Assembly (NCBI GenBank): GCA_021323855.1
Contig: JAJPKE010000005.1
Location: 45,935-109,934, forward strand
Source of the DNA: Chloroflexota bacterium
Lineage (GTDB): Bacteria; Chloroflexota; Ktedonobacteria; Ktedonobacterales; JADMIN01
Reading direction: 5' to 3'
Length of the DNA stretch: 64,000 nt
How positions within the stretch are numbered: the first letter of the stretch is position 1; every line of letters begins with the position of its first letter. Position numbers and translations under genes: made by a program. Of this stretch, positions 37,111 through 46,078 are shown piece after piece. Below the pieces are notes generated by a model. That model searched no databases. It was not told the origin of the DNA and saw only the letters and a program-made list of their open reading frames with translations.

Positions 37111-38229
37111 TCATTCCACTTGGATGGTTGGCCAGACACGGTGTAGCGCCACCGCGAACTGTGCGCGTTCCGGTGGCGTGCCGACCGTTACGCGGATGCA
37201 GCGGTTCAGTGGCGGCGCGCCGGGCATGCGAATGAAGACATCCTCCCCGGCCAGCGCCGCCAGCAGCGCCCGCGCCCGTTCCACGCCACCAATGTCTATG
37301 CTGACGAAGTTGGTAGCCGAGGGCAGCGCCGCCAAACCGAGTTCCTGCGCCAGCCGTTCATAGTCGCGCCGTCCCTCCGCCACCGCCGCGACCACGCTTT
37401 GCAGGTAGTCCGTATCGGCAAGCGAAGCGAGCGCGCCCGCCTGCGCCACGCGGTTGACGCCGAAGTGGAGGCGTATTTTGTCGAAGGTGCGGATGGTCTC
37501 CGCAGGCGCGATGGCGTAGCCGATGCGCAGCCCGGCCATGCCGTGCGCCTTCGAGAAGGTGCGTAGGCGAATGACACGCGGGTCTTCGGCATCTATCGCG
37601 GGAATCGCCTCAGCGGGAGCGAAATCGCTATATGCCTCATCCAGCATCAGCAGGCAGCCGGATGGTAAACTGTCGCGGAAAGCCAGCAAATCGTCTGCGG
37701 TATGCCAGGAGCCGCTGGGATTATCGGGGTTGGCGAGATAGACGATGCGTGCGCCGTGCTGATTGGCGGCATCGGCCAGCGCCTCCAGGTCGTTGCGGTC
37801 GTCCCGATAGGGAACTGTGACCAGCCTGCCGCCGTAGCCATTGACATGGAAGTTGAAGGTGGGATACGCGCCGAGCGACGTAACGGTGGTTTCGCCGCGT
37901 TCCAGAAATGTGCGCACCACCAGCCCCAGCAGATCATCTATGCCACAGCCAACGACAAGCTGCTCCATCGAGACGCCGTGATGTGCAGCCAGCGCGGCGC
38001 GTAACTCGTAGCTTTCAGGGTCGGCGTAGAGAGCGGACTGGGCGACGGCGGCGCGCATTGCCTCCTGCGCGCGTGGCGAGGGACCGAAGGCGCTCTCGTT
38101 CGCACCCAGCCGCACGGCGATGGGCCGCCCGCGCTGGCGTTCGATGGCCTCCGGTGCGACGAACGGCACCACCGCCGGCAATTCGGCTATCACGCGCGTC
38201 ACTGGTATCTGCTCTCCCCTATCGGCCAT
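37111..38229 (-). CDS. hisC: Histidinol-phosphate aminotransferase-like class-II aminotransferase
   Basis: 372 aa. RLGANESAFGPSP, YLANPDNPSG, and TFSKAHGMAGLRIGY (PLP lysine context). Not located within a his operon. Confidence 0.75.
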   Translation of the reverse strand: MADRGEQIPVTRVIAELPAVVPFVAPEAIERQRGRPIAVRLGANESAFGPSPRAQEAMRAAVAQSALYADPESYELRAALAAHHGVSMEQLVVGCGIDDLLGLVVRTFLERGETTVTSLGAYPTFNFHVNGYGGRLVTVPYRDDRNDLEALADAANQHGARIVYLANPDNPSGSWHTADDLLAFRDSLPSGCLLMLDEAYSDFAPAEAIPAIDAEDPRVIRLRTFSKAHGMAGLRIGYAIAPAETIRTFDKIRLHFGVNRVAQAGALASLADTDYLQSVVAAVAEGRRDYERLAQELGLAALPSATNFVSIDIGGVERARALLAALAGEDVFIRMPGAPPLNRCIRVTVGTPPERAQFAVALHRVWPTIQVE

Positions 38230-38405
38230 TGCGGTTCTCCATTCGCCTGCGCAAAACCACTGTCATTTTTGCCAGTCTACTCGATTTTCTTCCTGCTGTT
38301 AAGAGCCACTAGCTATCTGCCGCTTTTATTGCTTCAACGATATGCTATCATGGCGCCTATAGCATTGCTCCTCCCCAAAACGCCAGAGAAAGCTGAAAAG
38401 GAAGA

Positions 38406-39374
38406 TTGTTTCACATGCATGCTAACCTACTCGATAACCGAGACGAGCCACGCATCGTTGCCGAACTGGCCGGGCGGCTCTTCTCACATATTGAGGCGAT
38501 AGAACGCGTTGCGGAAGGAAAGTCTACGCGCGTTTATTGTATACGTCGCGCACAGGATAATTTCTACCTGCGCATATTGCCGGAGGCTGGGGCCAGTTTT
38601 GCTCCAGAGGCACTGGCGCATACGTTGCTACGCGAGCATGGCGCTCTGGTACCGGAAATCATCTATCTGGAGCACTGTAACGAGTCACTCCAACGTTCCG
38701 TCATGGTAACAACAGCGATTGCTGGTCAATCGCTTGCTCACATTTCCAGAGGCCAAGACATCAGAAAGATCGTACAGGCGGCAGGACGTGACCTGGCCCT
38801 CATTAACAGCATTCCCGTCGCGGGATTCGGCTGGATCAAGCGTGACGGCAGTGATGCTAGCATGCTCTGTGCAGAACATCCTACCTACCGAGAGTTTGCG
38901 TTCGAATATATCGAGGGCGATCTGGCGTTGCTGCGCAGATATGGGTTGAGCCAGCAGGAATTGGCCGCTGTTCACTCGGCTCTCAGTCATTATGATGCCT
39001 GGTTGGATGTTCCGCAGGCATGGTTGGCGCATGGCGACTTCGACGTAACCCACATCTATCATCAAAATGGTCGCTACACCGGTGTCATTGACTTTGGCGA
39101 GATACGTGGCGCTGACCCATTCTATGATCTCGCCCATTTTCGTCTACATGATGGCGAGACACTACCCATGTCCCTGCTCTCCTGGCTGCTGGAAGGTTAT
39201 AGAGAGATAACCTCGCTATCATCGCACATATCGCAGATACTTGCCTTCACCAGCTTGTTGATAGCTATTCGCACGCTGACGCGGTTCCTGAATAGGCGTC
39301 CAGATGATCCATATCACCATATCGGATGGCAAGCTGTTCGTCGCGAGTTGTGGACGTTGCACGGTTTTCAGTAG
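38406..39374 (+). CDS. Aminoglycoside/choline-kinase-type phosphotransferase (APH family)
   Basis: 322 aa. Catalytic loop LAHGDFDVTHIY and GVIDFGE (DFG). Lower-GC region. Confidence 0.75.
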   Translation: MFHMHANLLDNRDEPRIVAELAGRLFSHIEAIERVAEGKSTRVYCIRRAQDNFYLRILPEAGASFAPEALAHTLLREHGALVPEIIYLEHCNESLQRSVMVTTAIAGQSLAHISRGQDIRKIVQAAGRDLALINSIPVAGFGWIKRDGSDASMLCAEHPTYREFAFEYIEGDLALLRRYGLSQQELAAVHSALSHYDAWLDVPQAWLAHGDFDVTHIYHQNGRYTGVIDFGEIRGADPFYDLAHFRLHDGETLPMSLLSWLLEGYREITSLSSHISQILAFTSLLIAIRTLTRFLNRRPDDPYHHIGWQAVRRELWTLHGFQ

Positions 39375-39811
39375 GAGTAGCCGCAGATGGCCCAGACGGT
39401 CATCGTCACCTCGGTGGCAGGTGGCGATTGCCAGCCGATATCCCAGACAGCGGTTGCGCCGTTCATCAGCGGGTAGTCGCTCGTGATGAAGGAGGACGGC
39501 TGCTCGCCATCAGGGAAGTTGGCGAAGCCGCCGCCGGTCAGCGCCAATCCTGACTCACACGATGCCTGCGCATCAAGGGCGCTGGCATTGCCTCCGCCAA
39601 TAAACGCCTGATTCTGTTGTGGCCCCGCACTGATTTTGCCGCTGGCGCAGACGGCTTCACTCTCCACCAGAACCGCCGTGCGCGTGGCAACTGGCGCGCG
39701 CATCGTCACTGTCCATTGCGTATTCCCTGTAGGGAAGAGCGAGATGAGACGCGGCAGCGCAGCGGGGCTTTGCGCTGTGTGGTGAACCACGAATCCACCG
39801 CTCAGCAGCAC
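39368..39811 (-). CDS. Hypothetical protein with two C..GGGF modules; in frame with the upstream lipoprotein gene across a single TGA
   Basis: The first canonical start is GTG 39811, but the frame stays open back to the TGA at 39914-39916. Modules: LCPAGTVLLSGGF and SCESGLALTGGGF. Confidence 0.4.
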   Translation of the reverse strand: MLLSGGFVVHHTAQSPAALPRLISLFPTGNTQWTVTMRAPVATRTAVLVESEAVCASGKISAGPQQNQAFIGGGNASALDAQASCESGLALTGGGFANFPDGEQPSSFITSDYPLMNGATAVWDIGWQSPPATEVTMTVWAICGYSY

Positions 39812-39913
39812 TGTGCCGGCTGGGCAGAGGGTCGTAATCGGCGGTGACGTGTTCGGCGCGACGGGCGCGGCTGTCGTGATGACGGTTACGGCAGCCGTTA
39901 TCGGCGAGTCCAG

Positions 39914-40303
39914 TCAGAGCGCATAGGCGCTGAACCGTCCGCCGCCGGTGGCGCTGTAGCCCTCAACGGTCCAGGTGGTAGGCGCGACGCCGACAGACAA
40001 GTCGTTGCCTGCATAATCCGATGGATAGCTGGCAACGATCTGCACCGGCTTCGTATTCGCGCTATCGGAGCGGAAACCGCCGCCGATGAGCTTCTCATCC
40101 GGATCGCAACTGACGAAGGCTTTGGTGAATCCCTTCGCTTGCGTGATCGGCAGCCCTTCATAGATTCCTATCGCCAGCTTCGAGTAATGATAACTCCCAT
40201 AGGGGATGCCGCCACAGGCCGACACCGCCAGGCACACGGTCATTGCCACCAGACACATGATGCTATAGCGCCAGCTTGCGGCGGCATGTAATGAGACGCG
40301 CAT
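39914..40303 (-). CDS. Putative lipoprotein with one C..GGGF module
   Basis: 129 aa. Signal peptide with a lipobox-like LAVSAC. Module SCDPDEKLIGGGF. Confidence 0.5.
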   Translation of the reverse strand: MRVSLHAAASWRYSIMCLVAMTVCLAVSACGGIPYGSYHYSKLAIGIYEGLPITQAKGFTKAFVSCDPDEKLIGGGFRSDSANTKPVQIVASYPSDYAGNDLSVGVAPTTWTVEGYSATGGGRFSAYAL

Positions 40304-40694
40304 GATCGTATCCTTCTCTGGCTCATCTCTGCCAGTCGCGCCAGTTGCGCCGGGTATCAGCGTTGTCCAGACATGCGAGAGAACCCATTCACAGAAAATA
40401 CGCCGCTTTGCTACCTGTTCTCACACGAGAATGATTGCTCTTTCGCTGCTAAACCTTGCCAAACCTTCCAATGTATTTCCAATTTCCTTCGCATAGGCTA
40501 TGTTGCGGATAGCGTTTAGCGATAGACTTGCCAAGATTCCGCCTTGCGCTTGAAGAGTGATGGTTGATCGTGGCTGTGAAGATGTGTTGGCCCGGCTTAC
40601 GCTACGCGAAACAGAGAATCGCAAAGTGATTCATAAGCGGCATATTGTTATGAATATTGAGATGAGAGATGAAGCGGGCCGGGAGGGACGAGAG

Positions 40695-41369
40695 ATGCAC
40701 ATTCTGGTGGTCGAGGACGAAAAGCGGCTGGCTGCGCTGCTGCGGCGCGTGTTGACGGAAGAGCGCCATGTCGTGGATGTTGCGCACGACGGCGTGACGG
40801 GCCTGGGCATGACGCTTGGCGGCAGCTATGATCTGGTGATTCTCGATCTGATGCTGCCGGAGATGGACGGCATGACGGTTTGCCGTGAGATGCGCGCAGC
40901 GAAGATTGACGCGCCGGTGCTGATGCTGACGGCGCGCGGCGCCATCGAAGACCGCGTGGCGGGGCTGAAGACCGGCGCAGACGATTATCTGGTGAAGCCC
41001 TTCGCAATGGAGGAACTGCTGGCGCGGGTGGATGCGCTGCTGCGCCGCCGCAGCCGCCAGCTCGACGCCTCGGCGCAGTTGCAGGTGGGCGACCTCTCGC
41101 TGGACCTGCTGCGCCACGAGGCACGGCGTGGCGACCAACTGATCGAGTTGACCGCCAAAGAGTTCGCGCTGCTCGAATATCTGATGCGCCATCCCGGGCA
41201 GGTGCTTACCCGCACACAGATTCTCGATCATGTCTGGGGCTACGACCTCGATACGCTCTCGAACGTCGTTGACATCTACATTCATTATCTCCGCGACAAG
41301 ATTGATCGCGGCTTCGCGCGCCCGCTCATCAAAACCGTGCGCGGTGTCGGCTATAGGATTGAAGCATAG
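40695..41369 (+). CDS. OmpR/PhoB-family response regulator
   Basis: Start moved to ATG 40695 (GGGAGGGA upstream). Receiver ILVVEDE...ILDLMLPEMDG plus a winged-helix C-domain. Confidence 0.9.
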   Translation: MHILVVEDEKRLAALLRRVLTEERHVVDVAHDGVTGLGMTLGGSYDLVILDLMLPEMDGMTVCREMRAAKIDAPVLMLTARGAIEDRVAGLKTGADDYLVKPFAMEELLARVDALLRRRSRQLDASAQLQVGDLSLDLLRHEARRGDQLIELTAKEFALLEYLMRHPGQVLTRTQILDHVWGYDLDTLSNVVDIYIHYLRDKIDRGFARPLIKTVRGVGYRIEA

Positions 41370-41378
41370 GGTTGAGGC

Positions 41379-42884
41379 ATGACAGACACACCCAGCACGC
41401 CAGATACATCGGATACCACACACATCACAAACGCGCGCACGGCGCTTTCGCCGGTGACGACCAGCGTGCGCCGCATACGCCAGAAGTTGCGCGACACGGC
41501 GCAACGTGTTTCACGTCCCAAGCCAACAAAGGACGTGGTAGGTCCGGCCACCACGATGTTCACCACCATCCGCAACCGCATGATCTTTTGGTATGTCGCT
41601 GTGCTGGCCGTCATTCTGGTTCTGCTGGGTATTGTACTCTATGTCACTATGCAAAACACGCTGCTGGGTGATGTCAACAACGAATTAGCGCAGGGCGCCC
41701 AGGTGGCAGGATATACCTGGCAACAGGATTTTCATCATCCTGGAGAAAATTGCGCTACCCCGGATGTCTATAGTGACATCAATAGTCGCCTCGGGTTGCT
41801 CAACTTGCCACGGCCCGTGTACTTTACCTGCTTCGATGGGAGTGCTAATTCTCTTGCCCAGGTCGCCGATCCAAATCAGCAACAGGAACTCGCGCCGATC
41901 ATAACAGATCCCACGCTAGCGCGTGCGGCGCTCGCCAGTAGTGATGGCACCGCGACCAGCCGGGTACAGATCAGCGGGGAGGGTACCTTTCAAAGCTATG
42001 CGCAGGTCATCAAACTGCCTGATGGGACGACCACAGTCATACAGATTAGCGGCTCAATCAATGGGCAACTGGCGGCGCTGGATACGCTGCGCCGGCTGCT
42101 GCTCTCGTTTGGCCTCTTGACGCTGCTTGGCGCAACGGTCGGCGGCATCTTCCTGGCGCAGCGCGCGCTGGAGCCTGCGTATGTCGCCTTTGAGCGCCAG
42201 CAGGCCTTCATCGCCGATGCCGCGCATGAGCTGCGCACGCCGCTGACGCTGCTACGCGCCAACGCCGAAGTGTTGCTGCGTGGCCGCGAACGGCTGGACC
42301 CGGACGACGTGGAGATGCTCGAAGATATTGTCGCGGAATCGGCGCATATGAGCGCGCTGGCAAATAACCTGCTGACGCTGGCGCGGCTGGATGCCGGGCA
42401 ACAGACCATCGAGCGCGATGTGGTGGACCTGGGACAAATTGCTACCGATATCGTGCGGCAGGCGGGCGCGCTGGCGGATGCGCACCAGGTGACGCTCTCC
42501 GTCGCCACGCCGCAGACGCCCGCGCTGGTCTTCGGCGATAAGACGATGCTGAGCCAGGCGGCGCTGATCCTGCTCGACAACGCCATCAAATACAACAAAG
42601 CAGGCGGCAGCGTGCGAATTGAAGTGACATCTGACGGCAAACATATCTCCCTGATTGTACAAGATACCGGCATCGGCATCTCAGCGGAACATCTGCAACG
42701 GCTGGGTGAGCGATTCTATCGCCCGGATAAGGCGCGCTCGCGCGAGATGGGCGGCGCTGGACTTGGCCTCTCCATTGCTCAGGGTATCGCCGCCGCGCAC
42801 GACGGCGAACTAACGCTCGACAGCGTGGCAAACGAAGGCACCACTGCAACGCTCAGCTTGCCCGCCGCGCAAATCCAGCGTTGA
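41379..42884 (+). CDS. Sensor histidine kinase
   Basis: 501 aa. Two TM segments flank a periplasmic domain. H-box FIADAAHELRTPLT. HATPase boxes LLDNAIKYN, DTGIGI, GGAGLGLSIA. Confidence 0.9.
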   Translation: MTDTPSTPDTSDTTHITNARTALSPVTTSVRRIRQKLRDTAQRVSRPKPTKDVVGPATTMFTTIRNRMIFWYVAVLAVILVLLGIVLYVTMQNTLLGDVNNELAQGAQVAGYTWQQDFHHPGENCATPDVYSDINSRLGLLNLPRPVYFTCFDGSANSLAQVADPNQQQELAPIITDPTLARAALASSDGTATSRVQISGEGTFQSYAQVIKLPDGTTTVIQISGSINGQLAALDTLRRLLLSFGLLTLLGATVGGIFLAQRALEPAYVAFERQQAFIADAAHELRTPLTLLRANAEVLLRGRERLDPDDVEMLEDIVAESAHMSALANNLLTLARLDAGQQTIERDVVDLGQIATDIVRQAGALADAHQVTLSVATPQTPALVFGDKTMLSQAALILLDNAIKYNKAGGSVRIEVTSDGKHISLIVQDTGIGISAEHLQRLGERFYRPDKARSREMGGAGLGLSIAQGIAAAHDGELTLDSVANEGTTATLSLPAAQIQR

Positions 42885-43116
42885 TGTAACACTCATAGCT
42901 ACGTCAAGGGCGACACTCAGGCGACACCCGAAAGATAAGAAAACTCACATGTCATTCCAATGTTGCTCCTAAACGCCCCTGATACGCTTCTAGTGTCGGC
43001 GATGAGATAGACGAACTTAGTCGCGAATGATCGAGTTTTCTACGTCCCAACACTCTCGCCCGCCGCCAATACATTGTGATCAGTATGAGCGCGGCAACAG
43101 GAGGAATCACACGTAC

Positions 43117-44622
43117 ATGGAATCCAACACGTCCCATCCATTCCAGCCACCATACGCGGCATACGAGGCGCAGCGAGCAACAAGCAGCAACGGGCAGACG
43201 CCGGCAATCGCAGCGCCTGCCATGCCAGCCGTGCCAGCAGCCCCGACCAAACCGCTCGATACGGCTGAGCAGCCAGCCCAGGCAAGCAGCGGTGGCGGCT
43301 TCGTCCTCTACCAGCCGGACCAGCCCACCGTTGAGGGATCGCTTGCCACGCCACCGGCCACGCCGAACCAGGGCGCGACGTATTCCGGCGGCGCATATGG
43401 CGCACATAGCCCCTATGGCACGTATGGCGGCTACAACGGTTCTGGCACTGGCAACGGCATGATGACGTCTCCTCCCGCTGGTACCCCCAGCCGGCGGGGG
43501 CGAGGCGTCGTCATGGCCGTTTCCGCAGGCGTCGTGGTGATGTTGCTGCTGGCGCTGGGCGCCTTCGCGCTTGGCCGCGCCAACGGTTCCAACAGCGGCA
43601 ATCCGGCATCGGCGCATAATAGCGCGCCAACGGTGGCCGTACCTGCGAGCGCGCAAGACTTGCAGCAGACGGTCATCAACGTGGTGAAGACGGATCAGCC
43701 GTCGGTGGTGGAGGTGACGAGCCAGGGCAGCCAGGGCGAGGCCATTGGATCAGGCGTCATCATTCGTTCGGATGGCTACATCGTGACCAATGACCACGTA
43801 GTCAACGGCTTCAGCACCTTCACGGTGACACTTTCCAGCGGTTCACAGCAGACGGCGCAGGTGGTCGGCGTGGACCCGAACGACGATCTAGCGGTCCTCA
43901 AGATTTCCGCCAGTAACCTGCGTGCGATTACGCTAGCCAATTCCAGCAATGTGCAGGTCGGCGAATTCGATATCGCGCTGGGCAATCCGCTCGGCCTTCA
44001 ACAGTCGGCCACCTTTGGCATCGTCAGCGCGCTCAACCGCACCGCGACCGAGGATGCTTCCTCCGGCGGCACCGGCGCAACGCTGACGGGTCTGATCCAG
44101 ACGAGCGCGCCAATCAATCCGGGCAACAGCGGTGGTGCGCTGGTGGACCTGCAAGGGCAACTCATCGGCATCCCGACGCTTGGCGCAACGAACACCAATA
44201 ACGGCAGCACTGCCGACGGCATCGGCTTCGCCATCCCGTCCAACCGGGTTAGCTATGTGGTGAATCAACTGATCTCCAACGGGCATCTGACGGCGACCGG
44301 CCAGGGCTTCCTGGGCGTCCAGAGCGAAGACGTGACGCCGCAGATCGCGGCGGCAAATGGTCTTTCGGTGCAGAGCGGTGTGCTGGTGGCTGGCTTTTCC
44401 AATGACGCTGCCGGTAGCAGCCCAGCGCAGCAGGCCGGCATCAAGGTTGGCGATGTCATCACGGCGGTGAACGGCACGCAGATCAACAACAGCGACGACC
44501 TGGCGGGCGTGCTGCTCAATCTGACCCCTGGCACCAAAGTCAACGTGACCGTCGAACGGGGATCGAGCCAGCAAATGATCACCGTGACACTTGGCGAGCG
44601 ACCCGCGAACCTCAACGGCTAG
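43117..44622 (+). CDS. HtrA/DegP-family serine protease with PDZ domain
   Basis: Start moved to ATG 43117 (GGAGGA upstream). Triad contexts TNDHVV, DLAVLK, GNSGGALV. A C-terminal PDZ domain. Pro/Gly-rich N-terminus plus one TM. Confidence 0.9.
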   Translation: MESNTSHPFQPPYAAYEAQRATSSNGQTPAIAAPAMPAVPAAPTKPLDTAEQPAQASSGGGFVLYQPDQPTVEGSLATPPATPNQGATYSGGAYGAHSPYGTYGGYNGSGTGNGMMTSPPAGTPSRRGRGVVMAVSAGVVVMLLLALGAFALGRANGSNSGNPASAHNSAPTVAVPASAQDLQQTVINVVKTDQPSVVEVTSQGSQGEAIGSGVIIRSDGYIVTNDHVVNGFSTFTVTLSSGSQQTAQVVGVDPNDDLAVLKISASNLRAITLANSSNVQVGEFDIALGNPLGLQQSATFGIVSALNRTATEDASSGGTGATLTGLIQTSAPINPGNSGGALVDLQGQLIGIPTLGATNTNNGSTADGIGFAIPSNRVSYVVNQLISNGHLTATGQGFLGVQSEDVTPQIAAANGLSVQSGVLVAGFSNDAAGSSPAQQAGIKVGDVITAVNGTQINNSDDLAGVLLNLTPGTKVNVTVERGSSQQMITVTLGERPANLNG

Positions 44623-44688
44623 CGGTTTTATATAGATTCAGCGGGTAGAAAGGACTCACACCCGCCCTCCGATGGCATGGATCACCAA

Positions 44689-44720
44689 AACGGCTTGCTC
44701 TGCATGCAGAGCGAGCCGTT
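44689..44720. terminator. Bidirectional terminator hairpin between convergent genes
   Basis: AACGGCTTGCTCTGCA|TGCAGAGCGAGCCGTT: 16-nt arms with one G-U pair. Confidence 0.6.
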
Positions 44721-44723
44721 CGT

Positions 44724-45593
44724 CTATGGCTCCCACTCATACACGCCCATGCGACACTGCTCGGTGAAGCCGAGACGCTGGTAGACGGGATAACCCATCG
44801 TCGTCGCCTGCAACGTGCCGAGGCGATAGCCGTGGGCGCGCGCCGCCTGCAACGCCGCCAGTGTCACCGCCGCGCCGATGCCCTGTCGCCGCGCCTCTGG
44901 GCGCGTGGAGACCCAATAGATGCCCGCAACCCCGCCACCCAGCAAGAGCGCAGAGGTCGCCACCGGCACGCCGTCCAGCCGCGCCAGATAGAGATGATAC
45001 GGCTGCGTGTCGCCGGTCACGCCCAATTGCTCATGCAGCGCCAGAAACGCTGCGCGTTGCTTTGGCGACCAACTGAGCGTCGCACCGAGCGCCTCGTTCC
45101 AGTCGCGCAAGGTCGCAGTGTCCCCAACGCTGGTGATGGTCGTTCCCGGCGGCGTCGCTACCGTCTCCGGCAGTTTGTTCAGGTCAACCGTCATCGCAGG
45201 CAGATTGCGATAATGAGTGAGGCCGTGTGCCAGTAATCGCCCGGCGAGGTCCTGCGGCTCTGTGGATGGCATGATCCACCAGAAGCACGGCAGCGCGCGT
45301 TGCTGGAATACAGCCAGCGTCGCGGTGATCGCCTCATCGAGCGCAGCAGCGGCGTCCGATGTGTCCGATGTATCCGATGTATCACCCGCATCCACAAAGT
45401 GCGTGCGGACAACGCTATTGAGAAACGGCTCGCCAATGCCGCTACACCCCCAGGCCAGCGCCGGTTCATCGTGCCGCGCGCCCTGCGGCGTGCCTGCGCA
45501 ATGCAGGATATACGCCGCCAGATTCGCCTCGCAGATGGCGCGTAACGTTGCGGGCGCATCATCGCGCACAATTCCCTCGGTATCGTCACTCAT
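44724..45593 (-). CDS. GNAT-family acetyltransferase (two-domain)
   Basis: 289 aa. C-terminal GNAT core VSTRPEARRQGIGAAVTLAAL. Confidence 0.7.
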   Translation of the reverse strand: MSDDTEGIVRDDAPATLRAICEANLAAYILHCAGTPQGARHDEPALAWGCSGIGEPFLNSVVRTHFVDAGDTSDTSDTSDAAAALDEAITATLAVFQQRALPCFWWIMPSTEPQDLAGRLLAHGLTHYRNLPAMTVDLNKLPETVATPPGTTITSVGDTATLRDWNEALGATLSWSPKQRAAFLALHEQLGVTGDTQPYHLYLARLDGVPVATSALLLGGGVAGIYWVSTRPEARRQGIGAAVTLAALQAARAHGYRLGTLQATTMGYPVYQRLGFTEQCRMGVYEWEP

Positions 45594-45640
45594 CAGTTAC
45601 TTCGCTTTCTATTGGTAGGTAGCCAGGCCGGGTATGAAGC

Positions 45641-45696
45641 AGGCGGTTGAAACCGCGCCTGGATGGCGTGCCGCGAAGTCCGCTTGCGCGGACTCG
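45641..45696 (+). repeat. Intergenic repeat, family B
   Basis: ggcggttgaaaccgcgcctggatggcgtgccgcgaagtccgcttgcgcggactcgg. Confidence 0.7.
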
Positions 45697-45758
45697 GAAA
45701 AGGCGTCTCTGGTCTCCCTTGTCTGCGCCCCTTCGCCTACCAGCGCCTGCGCTCCCCT

Positions 45759-45841
45759 CTCCTCGTGGGAGAGGGGCCGGGGGTGAGGTCTCTCCGTGCT
45801 CCCCTCTCCCGTGCACGGGGGAGGGGCTAGGGGTGGGGGGT
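45759..45841 (+). repeat. Two tandem family A hairpin repeats
   Basis: gcgctCCCCTCTCCtcgtgGGAGAGGGGccgggggtgagg followed by gtgctCCCCTCTCCcgtgcacgGGGGAGGGGctaggggtgggggg. Confidence 0.85.
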
Positions 45842-46078
45842 GACCAAATAGCCCATGTTTCGCCTGTTTATCATGCTGTATACGCAAGAGGTCGTATCGC
45901 GTTCTATAGATAGGCGCTGATAGGGGGAAGAAACGGGGGGATATCCGCTCGTGATGCGCTGGCGTTCCGCTGCCTGCCCTCTCATCATGCCCGCTCGTGT
46001 ATTTTCTGTGATCGGCCTGTGGTTGATCTTTGGTTGGCATTTTTGTCAGGTGCTGTTCGCAAGCGGAGGGATGTTCGC

